A DNA stretch of 20,000 nucleotides, taken from IMG/VR virus record IMGVR_UViG_3300008111_000022; one strand, 5' to 3'. The position numbers and the translations under genes are program-made. Within the stretch, counting starts at the first letter, position 1; every line of letters starts with the position of its first letter. This DNA is from an uncultured virus (IMG/VR IMGVR_UViG_3300008111_000022) (taxonomy: Duplodnaviria; Heunggongvirae; Uroviricota; Caudoviricetes). A model generated the notes under the pieces. It had not been told where the DNA came from. It did no database searches and worked only from the letters and a program-made list of their open reading frames with translations. Below are positions 1 to 8,600 of this stretch, in pieces.

Positions 1-739
1 ATGCTAAACCAGCAGATGCCCCAGAAATTGCAATAGTGGCAACACCATTAGAGAATGTTGCCGTCGCCCCTGCACCGACAAAGTTAATTGTTGCCGCGGT
101 CCCTACAGTAGATCCTTCTTCTTGAACAACAACACCAGATCCAACAGCTGTAATTCCAGTAAGACCAGAACCATCCCCAACAAATGATTGTGCAGTTATA
201 ATTCCAGTGGTATTAATGCTGCCACTAGACCCAATTCCAACTCCACTGCCAGAACCAACACCCTTTGTACCAACATACTTATAAAAAGAAACTCTTGGTA
301 ATTGTGCTGCACTAACATTAGCTGGGTTACCAGCATAGAAAAATACTGTTCCTCCAGAATAATTTAAAATCCAATCATTTGTTCCAAAAGGAATTTCTGT
401 AGTTCCATTACTTTGATATAACTTTGGATTATAAGTAGCATCAAATCCATAAGGAATACAATCTACTAAATCGGATAAGTAGTATGCACTAGCGGCACCA
501 GATACCGCGGTCATAGTTCTTTTTTCAAAAAATCTAATGACCCCGCTTGTAGCACCATTAGCCAAGGCAGGAGCAGTTGCTGGAATTTGATCTGCTTGTT
601 GCCACACTTGAGAAGGTAAAACAATATCTCTCGCACTAATACTTTCATTAAAGAAATCTCTAGGTAAAGCAGTTTCTGCTACCTGTGCAACTGCCTTTTT
701 ATATACAAAACTAGTTTTTTGTGCGTCTGTTAATGCCAT
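1..739 (-). CDS. Virion structural/fibre-associated protein, partial (runs off the left edge; not in ORF track)
   Basis: ATG at 739 and open for 246 codons to the window edge: MALTDAQKTSFVYKKAVAQVAETALPRDFFNES...DWILNYSGGTVFFYAG...RVSFYKYVGTKG...INTTGIITAQSFVGDGSGLTGITAVGSGVVVQEEGSTVGTAATINFVGAG. Shares the last module with the upstream fibre genes; starts 14 bp after the stop of the 603-aa gene. Confidence 0.85.
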   Translation of the reverse strand, partial: MALTDAQKTSFVYKKAVAQVAETALPRDFFNESISARDIVLPSQVWQQADQIPATAPALANGATSGVIRFFEKRTMTAVSGAASAYYLSDLVDCIPYGFDATYNPKLYQSNGTTEIPFGTNDWILNYSGGTVFFYAGNPANVSAAQLPRVSFYKYVGTKGVGSGSGVGIGSSGSINTTGIITAQSFVGDGSGLTGITAVGSGVVVQEEGSTVGTAATINFVGAGATATFSNGVATIAISGASAGLA

Positions 740-753
740 TTATTTACTCAGTA

Positions 754-2565
754 TTAAGATACGTTACTAATTGTTATATTATTAAAAGTTTTATTACTTG
801 AAGCTGGAAGACCTATACGTATGTATAGTTGACCAGTTCTAGTAGTTGCACCGAAAGTAATTCTTTTCACAGTGGCAGTGCTATTACCAACTACCAGTGC
901 AGCTGCTCCATCTGCAGATGGACTTGTTCCAGGTGAGAATGCTGCATTACCGTCAATCCACCCAGTAACTCCTTCAATTTTTGCATAGATTTTAATACCA
1001 CTCATAAGTGCACTACTACCAAAGTTAGAAGAACCAGTAAAAGTTAAATCAAAACTACTACATGCGGTAACAGATTGTGGATTAAACGTTACCCACCGAT
1101 CACCAGCGCCCATACCAGTAGCATAGTCTGGTCCCACTACTGGAAGATTATTGGTATAAGTACCACTAGGCCATTGGAATTTTCCATTTAGAAACTGAAG
1201 TTCATTAGTATATGTTGTTTTTAAATCAGCATTAGAATCATAAGTAGAAGTATATCCAGTTGTTGGATACTGACCTGTTCCAGAGGGTTTTCTACTATTT
1301 TCGTTAGTGGCAGATAATGTATCAACTCTTACTCTAAGTGAATGTGTCGCTGTTCCTGAGGATCCTTGTGAGTTATAACTCGTTATTGTTATAGTATTTG
1401 TTTCTGAATACTTGTTACTTCCAACAGTAAGTGGCAAATCTGAAACAGTTACTGCTGCACTGGGGGTTTGAGTTCCAGTGAGAACTCTTGTTGCACTTGT
1501 ACTTAAAATTGTGGATGCACTAACTTCTGCGATTCTGGTGGTATTATAAAAACTTTTTATTGCATTGTTAACAGTAAAATTGACAGAAAATGTTGATCCA
1601 AAACTCACTGTTGGAACACCACTAATATAGTGTGAGGTCGTATTTGGATAAGTTGTACTAATTCCAGTAACAGTTGTGGCTACTGGATCATCCACATAAA
1701 ATGTCAAATTTGGGGTGCTTCCAGTTCCACTATGCGTAAGGTTATATGTATGAATACCAACAGACAATGAAGAAGCTGGAACTATTCTTGCGGTCATTTG
1801 TTTCCAGAATCCTTCTTTTCCAGCTTGACCAGAATAAGGATCTGATTCTGAAACAACATTTAAAGAACCGAAAGTTCCGGTATTAGTTGCAGTTGTCAAT
1901 GCAGTTGTTCCTACACCAACATTATCAATAAATGCTGTTAGAGTTCCAGAATCAGCATCATAAAAATTAGAAGTAGTATTTGTCGCAGGAGATGCACTGT
2001 TAGTAACAATAGTTCTTACTGTTCCGGTGCTTGTTTGTGTTGCAGAATAAGATGATGCAAGAGAAAGAGTTAAAGTTGATAAATTAGCTGGTTTTGATGG
2101 TGCAAGTTTATTTAAAATCTCATTAACTTCATCAATAGCATCAGTAACTGTAGTGGTTGGAGTAAAAGATAATAGACCATCGGCAAAAGAAGTGTCAGTG
2201 GGTGTCCCAAGTGTAATTCCTGTACCCACACTAGAACCACCACCACCACCACCTTCACCACCAGAGATCGTAATAGTGGCAACACCATTAGAGAATACTG
2301 CAGTGGCACCTGCACCAACAAAATTAATAGTTGTTGCTGTTCCTACATTAGCACCTTCTTCTTGAACAACAACGCCAGATCCTGTTGCAGTAACTCCAGT
2401 AAGACCAGAACCATCCCCAACAAATGATTGTGCGGTTATAATTCCAGTATTAATACGAATTCCACTAGATGAAATAGTGGCACCAGATCCAACAGTAAGA
2501 GTACTTGCATTGATAATATTTCTACTATCATCAATAATAGTTGATCCTGATATCTTAATTGCCAT
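754..2565 (-). CDS. Virion structural protein (603 aa), putative tail-fibre tip/accessory protein
   Basis: Long Thr/Ser/Gly-rich ORF starting MAIKISGSTIIDDSRN. Carries the GIITAQSFVGDGSGLTG and VQEEG..VGTATTINFVGAG modules also seen in the neighbouring fibre genes. Lies directly after the S74-terminated fibre. Confidence 0.75.
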   Translation of the reverse strand: MAIKISGSTIIDDSRNIINASTLTVGSGATISSSGIRINTGIITAQSFVGDGSGLTGVTATGSGVVVQEEGANVGTATTINFVGAGATAVFSNGVATITISGGEGGGGGGSSVGTGITLGTPTDTSFADGLLSFTPTTTVTDAIDEVNEILNKLAPSKPANLSTLTLSLASSYSATQTSTGTVRTIVTNSASPATNTTSNFYDADSGTLTAFIDNVGVGTTALTTATNTGTFGSLNVVSESDPYSGQAGKEGFWKQMTARIVPASSLSVGIHTYNLTHSGTGSTPNLTFYVDDPVATTVTGISTTYPNTTSHYISGVPTVSFGSTFSVNFTVNNAIKSFYNTTRIAEVSASTILSTSATRVLTGTQTPSAAVTVSDLPLTVGSNKYSETNTITITSYNSQGSSGTATHSLRVRVDTLSATNENSRKPSGTGQYPTTGYTSTYDSNADLKTTYTNELQFLNGKFQWPSGTYTNNLPVVGPDYATGMGAGDRWVTFNPQSVTACSSFDLTFTGSSNFGSSALMSGIKIYAKIEGVTGWIDGNAAFSPGTSPSADGAAALVVGNSTATVKRITFGATTRTGQLYIRIGLPASSNKTFNNITISNVS

Positions 2566-2606
2566 TTACGTTACCGTCGTCGTGTTTCCACTGGGTATGT
2601 TATTAT

Positions 2607-2613
2607 TATTTAT
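2607..2613 (-). promoter_or_regulatory. T4-type late promoter (ATAAATA)
   Basis: ATAAATA on the minus strand, overlapping the TAA stop of the 2843-aa gene, ~40 nt upstream of the 603-aa ATG. Matches the gp55 late-promoter core (TATAAATA). Confidence 0.65.
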
Positions 2614-5600
2614 GATAGTTTTGACTTCAATTCATTTATTTGATTTTGCTGTTCTTTGACAACCTCAATGAGAAGACCAATCAAACCATTATAGTTAACA
2701 GACTTGATATTATCTGTTGAATTTCTAACTAGTTCTGGCATAATTTTTTCAATCTCTTGTGCAAGTACACCAGCAGAAGACTGACCATTTTCTTTCCATT
2801 CAAAATTAACACCACGAATTGACATCACTTTTGCAAGTGGATCTTCAATCGTGCGTACATTATTCTTTAATGCAGCATCAGAACTTGAGTTAAAGTCTGT
2901 TGCAGTTACGACACCAGTTACAATAATGCCACCAGCAACAGTCAAGGTATCAGTTGTCTTATTATAAGTTAATCCACTATCACCACCGAAGGTGGATCCA
3001 CCATCGTTAAATTGAATTTGAGTATCAGAACCACCAGGTGTTCCTCCACCCCCGCCTCCACCACCAGAAATAGTAATCGTAGCAGTTCCACCAGAATAAG
3101 TGGCAGTGACACCAGAACCGACAAAGTTAAGTGTTGTCGCAGCAGTGCCTACATTAGATCCTTCTTCTTGAACCGTAAGAGAAGAACCACCACCTCCACT
3201 AGCATTAATAGTTACTTTACCAGTAGAACCAGAGATGGTGACATTAGTACCAGCAACAATACTGGTAACAATACCTGTTAGATTTACTCCATTACCAGTT
3301 GTAGTTAGATAAGTGTTAGCATCAGTAGAACCATCTCCCTTCAAGAATTCTGATGATGTGGATCCAGGTTTGACAAAAGAATTTGCTGTAATAATTCCTG
3401 TCGTATTAATATTTTCATCGATAGCAACAGAAGTATTGCCAATAACCATGTCTCCATTTATTGCAGGAAGAACAACAACGGCATTGCCACCATATTGATT
3501 ATGAGGTGCAGCTTGAAGTCTGGTATAATGAGCATTTCCAATTTCACAGAATAGATCAATTCTTCCTGGATTTGAATCAGAACTTTGAATTTTTATCTGA
3601 TTTGCTGCTGTTATAATTCCAACAGAAATACCATTAGTAGTGGTTCTTCCTCTAGTCGTTACACTATCTAAAGTATCAGTTTCGGTATAAGAAGTCAGAT
3701 AAGTGCTAGAATCAACTGAACCATCTGCCTTTAAGAACTGTGATGAGGTACCACCAGATCTTACGAATTGAGATGCCGTTACAATACCAGTGTTTATTCT
3801 GATTCCACTAGGTAAAATTGTAACTCCAGTACCAACATTAACTCCACCAGTGACACTTAAAGTATCAGTGGTCTTATTATAAGTTAATCCACTATCGCCA
3901 CCAAAAGTTGATCCACCATCGTTAAACTGAACCTGAGTATCAGAACCACCAGGGTTAGTGGATCCTCCACCACCTCCACCAGAAATAGTAATAGTTGTAA
4001 TCCCAGCATTGTAGGTTGCAGTAACTCCAGCACCAACAAAATTAAGAACTGTTGCTGCGGTGCCAACTTGACTACCTTCATCCTGAACAGCAATATTTGA
4101 ACCACCACCTCCAGCATTAATTGTAACTTGACCAGTAGAACCAGAAATGGTTACATTAGTTCCAGCAACAATACTAGTAACAATACCTGTTAGGTTTATT
4201 CCATTACCAGTCGTAGTCAGATAGGTACTAGAGTCAACAGAACCATCTGCCTTTAAGAACTGAGATGAGGTACCACCAGACTTAACAATTGATGTTGCCG
4301 TTAAAAGACCAACAGAAATACCATTAGTAGTGGTTCTTCCTCTAGTCGTTACACTATCTAAAGTATCAGTTTCGGCATAAGAAGTTATATAGGCACTAGA
4401 GTCAACAGAACCATCTGCCTTTAAGAACTGTGATGAAGTACCACCAGACTTAACGAAAGATGATGCCGTTACGATACCAGTATTCGTTCTTAAACCACTA
4501 GGGAGAATAGTAACTCCAGTACCAACATTAACCCCACCAGTGACACTTAAAATATCAGTTGTCTTATTATAAGTAAGTCCAGAGTCACCACCGAAGGTTG
4601 ATCCACCATCATTAAATTGAATTTGAGTATCAGAACCAGAAGGCACCGAATTAAATGTAATTGCCTTAGAGAAGGTGGTTCCAATACCAGCAGATGCAAC
4701 TTCTTTTGTCGTAATTGCAATGCCAGGTCCAGCAATAAATTCAATTGGCTCTTCACCAGTTGCCTTTAGTGTTCCTTGCCCATTAACATACCATGGGTTA
4801 AAGGTTGATTCAGACTGAATCAATACCTCTCCACTACCAAGATCAGTTACGCTGAATGGTGTCTTAGCAAATCTAATTGCTTTAACATTTGATACTGCAT
4901 CATTATTGTTTACTCCCGCAGTTCTTGTTCCGACTGTTAGGGCAAAACCAACTCCAGTAAGTCCAGAACCATCACCGACAAATGATTGTGCCGTTACAAT
5001 ACCAGTGTTTATTCTGATTCCACTAGGCAGAATCGTAACTCCAGTACCGACATTAACACCACCAGTAACTGATAAGGTATCAGTTGTCTTATTATAAGTA
5101 AGTCCAGAATCACCACCTAGAGTTGAACCACCATCATTGAATTGAACCTGAGTATCAGATCCACCAGGAGCACCACTACCTCCTCCACCACCAGAAATAG
5201 TGATAGTTGTAATACCTGCATTATAAGTAGCAGTAACTCCAGCACCAACAAAATTAAATGTTGTTGCGGCAGTACCAATTTGAGTTCCTTCTTCTCTTAC
5301 TTCAATTTGTCCTGAATATGTTGAAGAGTCAACTGAACCATCTGCCTTTAAGAACTGAGATGAGGTACCACCAGACTTAATAAGTGATGTTGCAGTTAGA
5401 ACTCCAACCGAAATACCGTTAGAAGTTGTTCTTCCTCTTGTGGTTACAGAATCTAGAGTATCAGTTTCGGTATAAGAAGTCAGATAAGTGCTAGAATCAA
5501 CTGAACCATCTGCCTTTAAGAACTGAGATGAGGTACCACCAGATCTTACGAATTGAGATGCCGTTACGATACCAGAGTTTATTCTTAAACCACCAGAAGT

Positions 5601-8600
5601 AAGAGTTACACCTGTACCAATGACAAGTTGAGTTACAGTTACTAAACCTACTGAAATACCATTACTGGTAACATTACCTCTAGTTGTAACACTATTGAGT
5701 GTGTCAGTCTCAGTATAAGAAGTCAGATAAGTGCTAGAATCAACTGAACCATCTGCCTTTAAGAACTGAGATGAGGTACCACCAGACTTAACAAAAGATG
5801 ATGCGGTTACGATACCAACAATTTTAACATTGCCACCAACATCAAGTTTTGATGTTGGATCTGCAGATCCAATGCCGACTAATCCTGTTCCACGAATAGT
5901 TATAGCATTTAACTCACTAAGCCCAGTATAAAAAGCACCTAAAACAATAGCAGTTCTATTCGATCCACCGACATTTCCATCTGCATGAATCCTTATTCCA
6001 CCAGTATATGAGTCATTTGAATCTACAACTCCTAGATCCAGCAATGAATAAGTATTTGAAGGCCAAGGAGTGATATTTAATTTGTTAATTATATTAAAAG
6101 TATTGGTATTATTTGTTCTCAGGTCCTCAGATCTAATGCCGTCAGCACTAACATTTAGTTTTAATTGTGGAATATCTGTTGAGAAAATTGTAATTGGTGC
6201 AGTTGGATTTGTGGTTCCAATACCAATAGATCCAGCAGCACCTACACGAATACCGCCTGTTGCTGTAACAATACCAGTTACATTTAGTTGTGGTGACTGT
6301 AAGGTTCCAAAGACAGTAGCACCATATCCTGTGGTTTCAAACTTCTTGGAGGCATCATAATAAAGTTCCACTGCTCCGTTAGTAATAAATCTTGCTTTAT
6401 ACTCTGAAGCAGCAGTATTTCCAATCCATACCTCATTATCACCAAGAATAGCTAAATTTCCAGTCCCTTGATCTGTAATATAACTATTTGATCCATCATG
6501 AACAATTCTTAAATCATTTCCATCACCAAAATACAGATTATTATTATCACCAAGTTTTACATCACTCTGGAATGTGGCAACACCAGAAACATTCAGTTGT
6601 CCTAATGTTCCAACCGAAGTCAGTGAAGAATTAACAACACCACTTCCAAGAGTAGTAGATGAAAGAACATTAGTACCATCAATCTCATAAACTTTACCAG
6701 AAGCAAGATTAAAATTCTCACTTGACTTTAATGCTGTATTGGCATGATCATATAATAAGGTATTATTTGGTCCAATTTTAATACCAGCACCATCTGCTAA
6801 TAAATCAGTAGTAGCAGTTGAGGCAATACCAACAATAAAATCAGCAATTTCTAAAGAAGTGGAATTGATTTGTGTTGTAGTGCCATCAACATATAAGTCA
6901 CCTTTAATTCTTACTGATCCAGTGTTATCACCAACACCAGCGGGATCAATAATAACTTCAGAAGGACCACTAATAGTATTCTGAGTAATATTAATACCAA
7001 CTCCAGAAGCACCAGTAGAAAGTCTTGTGGTTGCTGTAGCAATGCCAGAAATAAAATTAGTACTATTTAAAGTTGTGATAGTACCAACACCACTATAATT
7101 TAAAGTAGTACCAGAAATAGTAGTAACTAATCCAGTAACAATATTACCAGTAGTGGCATTAAGAGTATCAATATTTCCAGTCGTATAAGTTGCTGTTGTA
7201 CCAGAAATAGTGGTAACTAAACCAGTAACAATATTACCAGTTGTAGCATTGAGAGTTGCAATCGTAGCAATACCAGATGTAGTTAAGTTGGTTATAATGC
7301 CAGTCTTAACATAACCAAGATCAACTGAAGCAGTAGCAATTGTACCAATACCAGTTGTAGTCAGATTGGTTACAATACCAGACTTAATGTATGCTAAGTC
7401 AATTGATGCCGTATTGATAGTGCCAATACCCGAAGTTATTAGATTGGTGACAACACCAGTTGCAATCGAAGCAATACCAGTTGTAGTCAGATTGGTTACA
7501 ATACCAGTCTTAACATAACCAAGATCAACTGAAGCAGTAGCAATTGTACCAATACCCGAAGTTATTAGATTGGTTACAATACCAGTTACAATATTACCAG
7601 TCGTATAAGTTGCGGTAGAACCACTTAAATCAGTTATAACCCCAGTAACAATATTACCAGTGGTTGCATTAAGAGTGGTTATCGTACCAATACCAGTTGT
7701 AGTCAGATTAGTTACGATACCAGAATTAACGTATGCTAAGTCAACTGAAGCAGTATTAATAGTTGCAATACCACTTGCAGTTAAGTTGGTTATAATACCA
7801 GACTTAACGTATGCTAAGTCAACTGATGCAGTAGCAATAGTAGCAATTCCACTAGTGGAAAGGTTGGTTACGATACCTGTGTTAACATAAGCAAGATCAA
7901 CTGATGCAGTATTGATAGTACCAATACCAGTTGTGGTTAAATTGGTTACGATACCAGACTTAACGTATGCTAAGTCAACCGAAGCAGTATTGATAGTACC
8001 AATACCAGTTGTGGTTAAATTGGTTACGATACCAGACTTAACGTATGCTAAGTCAACCGAAGCAGTATTAATAGTTGCAATGCCAGTGGTCGTTAAGTTA
8101 GTGACAATACCAGACTTAACATAAGCAAGATCAACTGATGCTATTGCAATCGTAGCAATTCCAGTTGTTGTTAAGTTGGTTACAATACCAGTCTTAACGT
8201 AAGCAAGATCAACTGATGCTATTGCAATCGTAGCAATTCCAGTTGTTGTTAAGTTGGTTACAATACCAGTCTTAACATAACCAAGATCAACTGATGCAGT
8301 ATTGATAGTACCAATACCAGTGGTTGTTAGGTTAGTAACAATACCAGACTTAACGTATGCTAAATCAACCGAAGCAGTATTGATAGTGCCAATACCCGAA
8401 GTTATTAGATTGGTGACAATACCAGTTGAGATTGTAGCAATACCAGAATTTAATTGACCATCAAATTTTAAAGCAGTTATAATACCAGTAAATCTAGAAT
8501 CACCAAATACATCAAGCCTTGCAGTTGGATTTGTGGTTCCTATACCAATATTTTGAGAATTATTAATTCTAAATGCTTCTATATTATCAGTATTGAATCT

